Assembly: GCA_964244895.1 (NCBI GenBank)
Contig: CAXTKV010000053.1
Span: forward strand, 1 to 25,882
DNA: 25,882 nt
Reading direction: 5' to 3'
DNA from: an uncultured Deinococcales bacterium
GTDB taxonomy: Bacteria > Deinococcota > Deinococci > Deinococcales > JAAFIG01
The notes beneath the pieces are model-generated. The model did no database searches, was not told where the DNA came from, and was given only the letters and a program-made list of their open reading frames with translations. This document shows, piece by piece, positions 8,092-17,130 of this stretch. The translations under genes and the position numbers were made by a program. Position 1 is the first letter of the stretch. The number at the start of each line of letters is the position of its first letter.

Positions 8092-9066
8092 TCAGAACTT
8101 GACGCGACCCATCGAGACGTGATCGATCCACTCGAACTCGCCCGCCTCGAGATGCCAGCCGAGCGCACCGGCGTTGTGCTTGGCCTGATCCGCGTTGCGC
8201 GCGCCCGGAATCGGCAGCGCGCCGCGCATCACCAGCCAATTCAGCGCCACCTGCGCGCTCGATTTGCCGCGCACCTTGCCGATTTCGGTCAGCACCTCGA
8301 CCAGCGCGGCGTTTTTTTGAAGGGATGCCGAACCGAACTGCGGCGAGTAGCGCCGCACACCCTTGGGCCTGATGGCTTTGCTGCCGTTCAGCGCGTGGTA
8401 TTTGCCGGTCAGCAACCCCTGCGCCAGCGGGCTGTAGGCGATCAGGGTCGCGCCCAATTCCTGGCAGGCGCTCAGCACGCCGTTCGTTTCCGGCGCGCGC
8501 CTGAGCAAGCTGTACTCGACCTGGTTGCTGGCGAGTTTCAACCCGTGCGTCTCGAGCCGACGCGCCGCGAGGCGCATCTGGGCTGCAGAAAAATTGGACA
8601 CGCCGATCATGCGGATGCGTCCGGTCTTGACGCCCCTGGCCATTGCGTCCATCAGCGCGGGAATCCCGATCCACGGTACGGGCCAGTGCACCTGGTAGAG
8701 GTCGACCATGTCAATTCCCATGCGATCCATGCTGCGCTCGAGCGCGCCGGGTAGGGCGCGGGCGGAAACCCGAAATGGCGTCCAGAATTTGGTGGCGACC
8801 AGCACCCTGGAACGCTCGTGTTGCTCGCGGATGAAACGACCCAGCAAGCGTTCAGATTGGCCGTTCGCGTAAAATTCCGCCGTGTCGAACAGGTTCAATC
8901 CTGCCGTGCGACTCTCCAGGTACGCGCCGTGCGCGGATTGCTCGCTGTCTTCGCGCGAGCCACCCCAGTAGGTCGTCTCGCCCCACTGCCAGGTGCCGAT
9001 GCCCAGAGCCGGAACTTCCAACGGCCCGAGCAGCACCGTCTGGATTCTGGTCGTCGGTGCGCTCAC
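8092..9066 (-). CDS. Aldo/keto reductase
   Basis: LGIGTWQWG, FDTAEFY, SERLLG, VATKF, DLYQVHWP, IGVSNF, SNQVEYSLL, AYSPLAQGLLTGKY, PIPGA. Confidence 0.95.
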   Translation of the reverse strand: MSAPTTRIQTVLLGPLEVPALGIGTWQWGETTYWGGSREDSEQSAHGAYLESRTAGLNLFDTAEFYANGQSERLLGRFIREQHERSRVLVATKFWTPFRVSARALPGALERSMDRMGIDMVDLYQVHWPVPWIGIPALMDAMARGVKTGRIRMIGVSNFSAAQMRLAARRLETHGLKLASNQVEYSLLRRAPETNGVLSACQELGATLIAYSPLAQGLLTGKYHALNGSKAIRPKGVRRYSPQFGSASLQKNAALVEVLTEIGKVRGKSSAQVALNWLVMRGALPIPGARNADQAKHNAGALGWHLEAGEFEWIDHVSMGRVKF

Positions 9067-9070
9067 CCAC

Positions 9071-9547
9071 TTATCGTGACACGGCCCGAGGTTGTGCGCT
9101 CCGTTTCTCGAGCTCCTGCTTGACCTCAGTGGCGTGCGTGTACGGGTTGACGCGCCGCCAGTGGAAGGCCAGCTTGCCCTGGGGATCGATTAAGAAGGTC
9201 TGGCGATCCGCCACGCCGAACAACCCGGTCAGGCCGCCCAGCACGCCGTAATCCTTGCTGATGGCTTTGGTCGTGTCCGCGATCAGCGCGAAGCTCAGGT
9301 CGCATTTCTGGCGGAACTCCTGGTGGGACGCGCCCGAATCGGTGCTGACGCCGACGACTTTCGCGCCGTTCGCCTCGAGTTCGGGCAGGATCGCTTCGAA
9401 TTTGGCGGCCTCGACGGAGCAGCCGGGCGTGTTGTCTTTCGGGTAGAAGTACAGCACCAGCCAGCTTCCGTTGAAGTCCTGAAGGCGGACGTGGCGGTCG
9501 TGGTCATCGAGGGCGCTGAAGTCTGGGGCGGGATCACCGATGTTCAT
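9071..9547 (-). CDS. bcp: Peroxiredoxin, Bcp/PrxQ family
   Basis: GDPAPDF, VLYFYPKDNTPGCSVEA, GVSTD, RQTFLID; leaderless-type TAGGCT 6 nt upstream of ATG. Confidence 0.93.
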   Translation of the reverse strand: MNIGDPAPDFSALDDHDRHVRLQDFNGSWLVLYFYPKDNTPGCSVEAAKFEAILPELEANGAKVVGVSTDSGASHQEFRQKCDLSFALIADTTKAISKDYGVLGGLTGLFGVADRQTFLIDPQGKLAFHWRRVNPYTHATEVKQELEKRSAQPRAVSR

Positions 9548-9640
9548 GTTGAGAGCCTACTCGTGTGGCACGCGAAAAAACGTACTGACCCGTACTCGAA
9601 TAACGTTCCTGGCTCACACTCGAGAAGCGCATTTCACACG

Positions 9641-9696
9641 GACACCGTCCAGCAGGCATCTCTCGAGATCGCATCTCTCGCGTGCTGGACGGTGTC
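9641..9696. repeat. REP-like element
   Basis: GACACCGTCCAGCA (9641-9654) and TGCTGGACGGTGTC (9683-9696), a perfect 14-bp inverted repeat. CTCGAG lies in the loop and on both flanks. Confidence 0.92.
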
Positions 9697-9716
9697 GTTC
9701 ATGCTCGAGAAATCAG

Positions 9717-9935
9717 CTACGCATCCGCCTGACGCAGCACCCACAGGCCACCGCCGAGCACGACGAAACGCGCGATCCACGCAGCGAACCAGCCCCATTG
9801 GTCGAAGAACCCGAGCGTGTCCAGAAACCCGATGCCCAGGATCGAAAAAATCATCGAGGAGACGGCTGCGGTGATCACGATCCAGCCGATGCGGCGGAGT
9901 TTCACACCGAAAATCATAGGCGGGTTTCGGCGCAT
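9717..9935 (-). CDS. Small hypothetical membrane protein (about two TM helices)
   Basis: Two hydrophobic stretches (IGWIVITAAVSSMIFSILGIGFL and WGWFAAWIARFVVLGGGLWVL); fills the gap between bcp and the peptidase; start uncertain. Confidence 0.65.
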   Translation of the reverse strand: MRRNPPMIFGVKLRRIGWIVITAAVSSMIFSILGIGFLDTLGFFDQWGWFAAWIARFVVLGGGLWVLRQADA

Positions 9936-9961
9936 TTTCGGGTCACGCGCTATCGTTGCGC

Positions 9962-11311
9962 ATGGATTTGAAACCCTTCATCGCGCAGGCCAAAGAAGAC
10001 CTCACGAAGCTCGTGGCGCTCGAGAGCGTCAGCGCACAGGGGCGGATGCTGCCTGAAACCGCCGCCTTCGTGACGGCCTTGCTGACTGCCGAAGGCTTCA
10101 GCGTCAGGTCGTATCCGGGTCAGACCGCGCCGATCCTGGTGGCGGAAGCCGGGAACGGCCCGCGCACGATGCTGATCTACAACCACTACGACGTGCAACC
10201 CGAATCGCCCTTGGACTTGTGGAAATCCCCGCCGTTCACGCTGACGGAGCGCGCCGATTCGGACGGTGTTCTTCGATGGTTCGCGCGCGGCGTCAGCGAC
10301 GACAAGGGCGAGCTGATCTCGAGACTGGCGGGCTTGCGGGCGCTCAAAGCCCAGAATGGCGGAACGCTTCCGCTGAACATCAAATGGTTGATCGAGGGCG
10401 AAGAAGAGATCGGCAGCCCGAGCTTGGAGCACTTCGTGAGCGAACACGCGGGCGAGCTTCAGGCGGACGGCTGCTGGTGGGAGTTCGGCAGTTTCGACCC
10501 GGAAGGCCGCCCGGTGCTGTACGCGGGTTTGAAGGGCATCATCTGCCTGGAATTGCGCTCCAGGACGGCGGATTCTGATCTGCATTCCGCCAACGGAGCC
10601 GTGGTGGACAACCCGCTCTGGCGGCTGGCCAAGGCCGTGGCCTCCATGCGCGACGAGAACGGGCGCGTCACGATAGCGGGTTTCCACGACGATGTTCGCC
10701 CGCCGTCCGCGACCGACCTGGAGTACGTGGCGCGCATCCCGGATGAGTCCAAGGCGCTCCAGAAGGCCTACGGCATCAAAGGATTCCTGGAGAACGCCTC
10801 GGGCGCCAGGTTTTACCAGCGCGCCGACCTGGAACCCGTGCTGAACGTCAACGGTTTTCACGGCGGTTACGGCGACGCGGGTTCCAAGACGGTGCTGCCC
10901 GCTTCGGGCTTCGTCAAGCTGGACTTTCGGCTCGTGCCGGATCAGAAACCGGGGCGCATCGTGGAACTTCTCAGGGCGCACCTGTCCAGCATCGACCTGG
11001 CCGATATCGAAGTCTTGGAACTCGAGACGCACGAGAACCCGGCGCGCAGCGACCTGAACCACCCGTTCATGAAGATCGCCATAGAAACCGCGCGCGACGT
11101 TCACGGCAAGGAACCAGTCGTCCACCCCAGTTCGGGCGGTTCCGGCCCGATGCACCCGTTCATCGAATCCGTCGGCGTGCCGGTCGTGGCGGCGGGCATC
11201 GGCAACATTCAGGGTTTCGTTCACGCGCCCAACGAGAACATCGTGGTCGAGCATTTCGAGAAAGGTGTGGCCTACGCGCTGGAATTTTTCTCTCGGGTCG
11301 CCAGGATGTAA
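9962..11311 (+). CDS. M20 family metallopeptidase (dipeptidase/ArgE/DapE-like)
   Basis: YNHYDVQP, ARGVSDDKG, IEGEEEIGS, DLHS, DFRLVP, HAPNE; ATG 9962 lies 5 nt after TATCGT. Confidence 0.95.
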   Translation: MDLKPFIAQAKEDLTKLVALESVSAQGRMLPETAAFVTALLTAEGFSVRSYPGQTAPILVAEAGNGPRTMLIYNHYDVQPESPLDLWKSPPFTLTERADSDGVLRWFARGVSDDKGELISRLAGLRALKAQNGGTLPLNIKWLIEGEEEIGSPSLEHFVSEHAGELQADGCWWEFGSFDPEGRPVLYAGLKGIICLELRSRTADSDLHSANGAVVDNPLWRLAKAVASMRDENGRVTIAGFHDDVRPPSATDLEYVARIPDESKALQKAYGIKGFLENASGARFYQRADLEPVLNVNGFHGGYGDAGSKTVLPASGFVKLDFRLVPDQKPGRIVELLRAHLSSIDLADIEVLELETHENPARSDLNHPFMKIAIETARDVHGKEPVVHPSSGGSGPMHPFIESVGVPVVAAGIGNIQGFVHAPNENIVVEHFEKGVAYALEFFSRVARM

Positions 11312-11370
11312 AGACCGTCCCAGACTGTGTTCGCCGCGATCAGAATACTGCGTGCCGAACGGTGTTCTCG
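11311..11370. repeat. Degenerate REP-like element after the peptidase stop
   Basis: AAGACCGTCCCAGAC (11311-11325) and GCGTGCCGAACGGTGTTCTCG (11350-11370). Confidence 0.75.
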
Positions 11371-11582
11371 ATCAGGGGTCGTTGATCGGGGCGCACTGCA
11401 GCCCGACGAGGAACGCCTCGCAAATCACTGAAACAGCTGGCCTGGGAACGGCTGGAAATCTCGATCAGGGCGCAAAAGACGCGAGCGCACCGCCCGCAGG
11501 ACTCATCGTCACCAAATTGTCAAGCTTGCCCACCCAGGCGTTAGTATGCTCGCGAGTGAAGTCAACTCGAGGAGGAGGGCAT

Positions 11583-13172
11583 ATGAAAGAATTCTTGCGA
11601 AACGCCGTCATCACCGCGCTGATCGCGGGTGCGGCGGGTTCGGTGATCTCGAGTCAGGCGCAGAACTCGAGAACCAGCACGCTGGTTTACGGTGGGGATT
11701 TCACGGACTTGATCACGCTCGATCCAGGGCAGAGTTACGAGTTCTCCGGCGGTCTGATCACGGACAACCTCTACCAGACGCTCGTCAAATTCGACGGAGA
11801 GGACCTCTCGAAACTCAAACCGAGTCTCGCCATCACCTGGGCTGTCAAATCGGCTGGCGATTCGTGGAAAGTCACGTTCAAGCTCGGGCTTCAGAAATTC
11901 GCCAGTGGACGGCGCGTGACCGCTGCCGACGTGGTTTACACCTTCGATCGCGCGATTGCGCTCAAGGGCAACGGCTCGTTTTTGTTCACCGATGTCGCCA
12001 ACATGAAGGTTGGTTCGACCAAAGCGCTCGACCCACAAACAGTCGAGGTGACGCTGCCCAAAACCGCCAGCCCACAATCGTTCTTGAGCTTGCTGACGTT
12101 TAACATCGGCGGCATCGTTGACGCCGAAGAGGTCAAAAAGCACGAAGTCAACGGTGATTTCGGCTCGAACTGGCTCAAGACCAACAGCGCCGGTTCGGGG
12201 CCGTTCATCTTGAAGCAATGGGATCAGGGTCAGCAGGTCGTGTTGGACACCAACCCGAACTCGCTCTTGAAGTCGAAACTCTCGCGGGTCGTCTTGAAGA
12301 ACATCCAAGAATCCAACGCTCAGAAGATCGCGCTCGAATCCGGCGAGATTGACATCGCCGAGAACCTCTCTCCCGAGATGGTGATCGAGAAGCAAAAAGA
12401 CGCCAAGTTCAGCGTCTACAAGGCCGATTCCTCGCGCCTTCAGTACGTCGCCATGAACAGCGGTACGAGCAGCCCCTTCGCCGATGCCAGGGTGCGTCAG
12501 GCCGTGCGCTGGGCCATCGACCAGGACAGCATCGTCAAGGATCTGGCGGGCGGTTTCGCCAAGAAGATGCAGACGATCATCCCGGCGGGCTTGCTCGGCG
12601 CGAACACCGCCACGCCCTACAAGGTTGATCTCGAGAAAGCCAAGGGCTTGCTGACCGCCGCCGGTAAGGGCAGCGGCTTCGAGTTCGAGTTCCTGGTTCC
12701 GACCGGCGTGTGCGGCGCGGGCATTCCGTGCGCTGACTTGGCCGCCAAGATCCAGGCCGACCTGGCCAAGATCGGGCTGAAAGCCAACATCAAGCAGATC
12801 GCGCAGTCCGAAGGCTTGAAGATCTACCGCGCGCAGAAAGCCCAGATGGTCTTGTTTCAGTGGAGCCCGGACTTTCCAGATCCGGACGGCAACGGCACGC
12901 CGATGGCCGATTTCAACGCCAAATCGCTCGCGTGGCGCAACGACTGGAACAGCCCGGCGGCCAGCAAGTTGGCCCAACAGGCGGCGCTCGAGCCGAACAC
13001 CGCCAAGCGGATCGCGCTCTACAAGCAACTGACGGAACTCGTGCTGAACGACGGGCCATTCGCGGTGCTGTTCCAGCCGAGCGTGCCGGTGGTGCTCTCG
13101 AGCAAGGTCGAGAATTACCTCAGGAACGCCCAGGGTCAGGTTCGTTTCGAGATCATCTCCAAGAAGCCTTAA
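11583..13172 (+). CDS. Peptide/nickel ABC transporter substrate-binding protein (family 5, DppA/OppA-like)
   Basis: ATG 11583 behind GGAGGAGG; signal peptide; TLDP, YQTLV, TAADVVYTFDR, GSGPF, VRQAVRWAID, WSPDFPDPD. Confidence 0.95.
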   Translation: MKEFLRNAVITALIAGAAGSVISSQAQNSRTSTLVYGGDFTDLITLDPGQSYEFSGGLITDNLYQTLVKFDGEDLSKLKPSLAITWAVKSAGDSWKVTFKLGLQKFASGRRVTAADVVYTFDRAIALKGNGSFLFTDVANMKVGSTKALDPQTVEVTLPKTASPQSFLSLLTFNIGGIVDAEEVKKHEVNGDFGSNWLKTNSAGSGPFILKQWDQGQQVVLDTNPNSLLKSKLSRVVLKNIQESNAQKIALESGEIDIAENLSPEMVIEKQKDAKFSVYKADSSRLQYVAMNSGTSSPFADARVRQAVRWAIDQDSIVKDLAGGFAKKMQTIIPAGLLGANTATPYKVDLEKAKGLLTAAGKGSGFEFEFLVPTGVCGAGIPCADLAAKIQADLAKIGLKANIKQIAQSEGLKIYRAQKAQMVLFQWSPDFPDPDGNGTPMADFNAKSLAWRNDWNSPAASKLAQQAALEPNTAKRIALYKQLTELVLNDGPFAVLFQPSVPVVLSSKVENYLRNAQGQVRFEIISKKP

Positions 13173-13230
13173 GGCTGCAATTCAACCCGTCGGGGCGATC
13201 GATTGGTCGTCCCGGCGTTTCACCACAAAG

Positions 13231-13287
13231 ACCGTTCAGCACGCAAAATTCAGAGATATGAGCGACACCGTCCCAGACGCTCTCGAG
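13231..13287. repeat. Two REP-like left arms between the binding-protein and permease genes
   Basis: ACCGTTCAGCACGC (13231-13244) and GACACCGTCCCAGACG (13264-13279), then CTCGAG. Confidence 0.7.
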
Positions 13288-13339
13288 CGGGATAGACCGA
13301 GTTCTCGAGGCGCACAAGCCGTTGGAGACCATAAAAAAG

Positions 13340-14347
13340 ATGCTGAATTTCTTGATCCGCCGACTGTTCTTCGTGGTGTTCGTCGTCTGGGGCGTGACGA
13401 TCGCCACGTTCTTCTTGTCTCAGGTCGTACCCGGCGATCCGGCCATCGCTGCGCTGGGCGACCACGCCCGCGAGGATCAGATCGCGGAATGGCGCACCAG
13501 GCACGGATTGAACCAGCCCGTGCCCGTGCAATACGCGATCTACCTGGGGAACCTCCTGCGCGGCGACCTGGGGCAATCCCTGAAAACCGGGCGCAACATC
13601 ATCGACGACCTGCGCGATTTCTTTCCCGGAACCCTGGAATTGGCCTTCACGGCACTGGTGATTTCCGCGCTTTTGGGCGTCCCAGCGGGTGTGATCGCGG
13701 CGCTGCAGCAGGACAAATGGCCGGACGTGCTGGTGCGCGTGCTGGCCCTATTGGGCGGAGCCGTACCGATTTACTGGCTGGCGATTCTGCTGCTGGAATT
13801 CCTGCACAACAAGCTCGGGATTCTGCCCGGCCCCGGACGGCTGGACTCGTACCTGCTTTCACCGCCGCGCGTGACCGGCATGGTCAGCATCGACGCGCTG
13901 CTGGCGCGGGACTGGGAAGTTTACGCGGATTCTTTGCGCCGTTTGATCCTGCCCGCCTTCGTGCTCGGCGCGTTCTCCTCGGCCTTGCTGGCCCGCATGA
14001 CCCGCGCCGCCATGCTCGAGACGCTCAGTCAGGATTACATCCGAACCGCCAGAGCCAAAGGCGTCTCCGGCTGGACGGTGATCGTCAAGCACGCCGCCAG
14101 AAACGCCAGCTTGCCGATCCTGACCGTGCTGGGCAGCATCCTGGGCGGATTGCTGTCGGGCGCCGTGCTGACCGAAACGATCTTCTCGTGGCCCGGCATC
14201 GGACGTTACGCCACGGATGCCGCCATCAGCCTGGATTTTCCCGCCGTGATGGGCGTGACGCTGGTGGCCGGACTGACGTACGCGCTGGTCAACCTGGTGG
14301 TGGATTTGTTGTACGCCGCGCTCGACCCGAGGATCGCGTATGGGTGA
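13340..14347 (+). CDS. Peptide ABC transporter permease, DppB/OppB-like
   Basis: VPGDPA, GDLGQS, TLEL, DYIRTARAKG (EAA-loop region), ETIFSWPGIG, NLVVDLLYAALDPRI. Confidence 0.95.
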   Translation: MLNFLIRRLFFVVFVVWGVTIATFFLSQVVPGDPAIAALGDHAREDQIAEWRTRHGLNQPVPVQYAIYLGNLLRGDLGQSLKTGRNIIDDLRDFFPGTLELAFTALVISALLGVPAGVIAALQQDKWPDVLVRVLALLGGAVPIYWLAILLLEFLHNKLGILPGPGRLDSYLLSPPRVTGMVSIDALLARDWEVYADSLRRLILPAFVLGAFSSALLARMTRAAMLETLSQDYIRTARAKGVSGWTVIVKHAARNASLPILTVLGSILGGLLSGAVLTETIFSWPGIGRYATDAAISLDFPAVMGVTLVAGLTYALVNLVVDLLYAALDPRIAYG

Positions 14348-14351
14348 AGTC

Positions 14352-14532
14352 GCCGCGAGCCGCGAGCCGCGAGCCGCGAGGAAAACCTCTGAGCAATCGG
14401 TTCTGAACGCAGGAGCATCGTCCAGGACAGCCTTCTCGAGTGTGCCTCATTTGGCGCGCAGGCCGGTCTTCCCAAGTTACAACCCCACGCCTCGCGCTGT
14501 TGCCTCGCGGCTCGCGGCTCGCGGCTTACGGC
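14352..14532. repeat. MITE-like insert bounded by inverted heptamer arrays
   Basis: (GCCGCGA)x4-GG at 14352-14381 and CC-(TCGCGGC)x3-TTACGGC at 14503-14532; internal degenerate REP arm AGCATCGTCCAGGAC (14414-14428) and CTCGAG (14435). Confidence 0.85.
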
Positions 14533-14550
14533 CACCATTCGGGGCCAACC

Positions 14551-15429
14551 GTGGCTAGCTCCATCACCACGGTTGCGGCCAGCGCAACCTCGAGCCCAAA
14601 AGCCTCCAAAGCATGGCTGAGGTTCTGGAAGAACCCAGCATCGGTCGCGGGCGTGGCATTGCTGACCATCGTCGTGCTGATCGCGGTGCTGGCACCCATC
14701 ATTTCATCCGATCCGATCAGTCAGAACCTGCCGGAACGCCTGAAACCACCGTCCGCCGCGCACGTTTTCGGCACGGATCAACTCGGGCGGGACGTGTGGG
14801 GGCGGGTGGCGCACGGCGCGCTGATTTCCTTGCGGATCGGCGTGTTCGTGACGGCGCTTTCGATGGTCATCGGCGTGATCGTCGGCCTTCTGGCGGGCAC
14901 CATCGGCGGCGCGTGGGACAACCTGCTGATGCGCGTGACCGACATCTTTTTTGCCTTTCCCAGTTTGATCCTGGCCATGGCGATCTCGGCGGCCCTCGGC
15001 CCCAGCCTGGACAACGTGATCATCGCGGTCGCGATCGTCAACTGGCCCAGCTACGCTCGGCTGGTGCGGGCGCAAGCGCTGGCCTTGCGCGAACGAGAAT
15101 TCGTCGAGGCGGCCCGAGCGCTCGGCTCGAGCCAGGGACGGATCGCGTGGCGGCACGTGCTGCCGAACACGCTGCAACCCGTGCTGATCCAATCGAGCTT
15201 CGATGTCGGCCAGGCGATCCTGACGGCGGCGGGATTGTCCTTCATCGGTTTCGGCGCGCAACCCCCGATCCCCGAATGGGGCGCGATGGTCTCTGAAACG
15301 CGCACCTTCATCAGCAACGCCCCGTGGGCCTCGAGCGCCCCGGCGGTGGCGATTCTGATCACCGTGCTGGCGTTCAATCTGATCGGGGACGGTCTGCGCG
15401 ACGCGCTCGATCCTCGAGCAAAAAATTAA
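14551..15429 (+). CDS. Peptide ABC transporter permease, DppC/OppC-like
   Basis: HVFGTDQLGRD, FPSLILA, REFVEAARALG, LSFIGFG, EWGAM, FNLIGDGLRDALDP. Start moved to GTG 14551, downstream of the repeat insert. Confidence 0.93.
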   Translation: MASSITTVAASATSSPKASKAWLRFWKNPASVAGVALLTIVVLIAVLAPIISSDPISQNLPERLKPPSAAHVFGTDQLGRDVWGRVAHGALISLRIGVFVTALSMVIGVIVGLLAGTIGGAWDNLLMRVTDIFFAFPSLILAMAISAALGPSLDNVIIAVAIVNWPSYARLVRAQALALREREFVEAARALGSSQGRIAWRHVLPNTLQPVLIQSSFDVGQAILTAAGLSFIGFGAQPPIPEWGAMVSETRTFISNAPWASSAPAVAILITVLAFNLIGDGLRDALDPRAKN

Positions 15430-15470
15430 ATTGACCCGAGCGATTCCGACGGTTCCGCTACACTCCAGCC

Positions 15471-16637
15471 ATGTCGGAAGGATTGCGAAACGTTCTCGAG
15501 CAAATTCGCAAATCATGGCTATTAAAAATTGTCCTGATCATCTCGACAACCTTGATGTTTCGGTTTCAAACCGATCCCGACGTTCACCGAATCGTCGCGC
15601 TGGACGCAAAATCTGGTGCTGTAGTTTGGAGAGCAGCGCTTTCTGGCGAAAGAGAATCGTGGTTATTTGGCCCCGTTATCGCTTCGGGCACGATCATGGC
15701 TGTCTCACATGACATCTGGAACACCTGGCGACTCGAGACCTTCGAGATGACAACGGGAAAACCCCTCTGGACGAAACTGCTCGAACCGTGGGGGATCCCG
15801 GATGTTTTGAGCGTAAAAGGCATCACCGTAATCGGTCTTGAATCTGGAGAAATGAAGCGCTTGGTCGCAGTTCAAACGCGAGATGGACATGAAATCTGGT
15901 CTCAAACTGTACAACGCAGAAGCGTACTACTCGAATCGGACGGAAATATACTTACGACGCGCTCTGAAATGAACCAGGTTTTTCTCGAGGAACGTCGGAT
16001 GACTGATGGGAAGGTGCTGCATTCATTCAACTTCATGCAGGGCGACCTATGGGACATCGGAGCGGTCGAGGTCGCCAACAAGGTATTTTATTTTTCACGA
16101 AAGAGCAGTCTATGCAATTTCAAGATCGAAATGCCTAAAGTAACTTGTTTATCGACCGATTCCAATATTGAAAACTTTTCTCTGTCGAATACAACTATTG
16201 TTCATAACGGAAAATCTGTATTTGGATTTCAAAATGGAAAAACGACCTGGAAGTTAGTAGATTCGAGGGATACGTATTTGTATATTTCAGAATCGAATCT
16301 GTTTAGCAATAAGATTTACTTAACCACCCGGAACGTCGCAAAAACCTTTCAAATATATTGTGTAGAAAAAACCAAAGGAACAAAAAATTTATTTTACACT
16401 TTCAATTTAGCGAACGCGCCACTCGAATTACTGATCTCAGATAACAGATCATCTTTATTCGTGACGGTAAAGGACAATCTCTTTTCTATTTCTCGAGATG
16501 GAAAAGAGCAATGGCGTCATTATATCGGTGGAATCGGTGGTAGTTTAACGGCGACCGATCAGCTTGTTTTCGGGTATGAGCAAACTTCGCGGATTCAAAA
16601 CGCATTCACGGAACTTCTACCGTTTCTCGCTTGGTAA
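15471..16637 (+). CDS. PQQ-like/BamB-type beta-propeller repeat protein with an N-terminal hydrophobic anchor
   Basis: Repeats ALDAKSGAVVW, FEMTTGKPLW, AVQTRDGHEIW, SRDGKEQW; TACACT 6 nt upstream of ATG. Confidence 0.8.
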   Translation: MSEGLRNVLEQIRKSWLLKIVLIISTTLMFRFQTDPDVHRIVALDAKSGAVVWRAALSGERESWLFGPVIASGTIMAVSHDIWNTWRLETFEMTTGKPLWTKLLEPWGIPDVLSVKGITVIGLESGEMKRLVAVQTRDGHEIWSQTVQRRSVLLESDGNILTTRSEMNQVFLEERRMTDGKVLHSFNFMQGDLWDIGAVEVANKVFYFSRKSSLCNFKIEMPKVTCLSTDSNIENFSLSNTTIVHNGKSVFGFQNGKTTWKLVDSRDTYLYISESNLFSNKIYLTTRNVAKTFQIYCVEKTKGTKNLFYTFNLANAPLELLISDNRSSLFVTVKDNLFSISRDGKEQWRHYIGGIGGSLTATDQLVFGYEQTSRIQNAFTELLPFLAW

Positions 16638-16666
16638 CGGCGAACGCAACCAGGGTTTCAAGTTAC

Positions 16667-16713
16667 AACACCGTCCTGGGCAGTATTCGATAAATCACGT
16701 CCAGGACGGTGTT
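16667..16713. repeat. REP-like element between convergent genes, compensatory variant
   Basis: AACACCGTCCTGG (16667-16679) and CCAGGACGGTGTT (16701-16713). Confidence 0.9.
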
Positions 16714-16763
16714 TTTGAAGGCAGTTCGTACTGAAAAAGTATCTGTCTCGAGAAAACCCATCC

Positions 16764-17117
16764 TCAGTCCAGGTTGACGCGAGTTCCATCGGCCCACAAG
16801 CCTTCGAGGTCGTAGAACTTGCGCGCTTCGGGCGTCATCAGGTGAACCAGGATCGCGCCCAGGTTGACCAGCACCCAACGCGGGCTCGGGCCTTCGACGC
16901 TGGCGGGACGAACGCCGATCTCGAGCAGTTTCTCGCGCACGCTGCGCTCGAGCGCCTGGAGTTGCGGCTGGCTGTTGGCGCTGGCGATCACGAAGTAATC
17001 GAGGGTATCGGAGACCTTCGTCAGATCCAGGATCACGATGGTCTCGCCCTTCTTGTCCAGGAGGGCTTCGCGAATCACGCGCAGTTGGGTTTTCAGGTCG
17101 GTCTGGGTCAGGCTCAA
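16764..17117 (-). CDS. rsfS: Ribosome silencing factor RsfS
   Basis: DKKGETIVILD, DYFVIAS, VEG...WVLVNLG.I.VHLM.PEARKFYDLEGLW; TTG start behind AAAGGAG. Confidence 0.96.
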   Translation of the reverse strand: MSLTQTDLKTQLRVIREALLDKKGETIVILDLTKVSDTLDYFVIASANSQPQLQALERSVREKLLEIGVRPASVEGPSPRWVLVNLGAILVHLMTPEARKFYDLEGLWADGTRVNLD

Positions 17118-17130
17118 GGGGTTCTCCTTT

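Noticed and set aside
14440..14550. ORF-track N-terminus of the second permease
   Set aside because: It runs through the heptamer repeat insert; GTG 14551 gives a typical DppC-like length.
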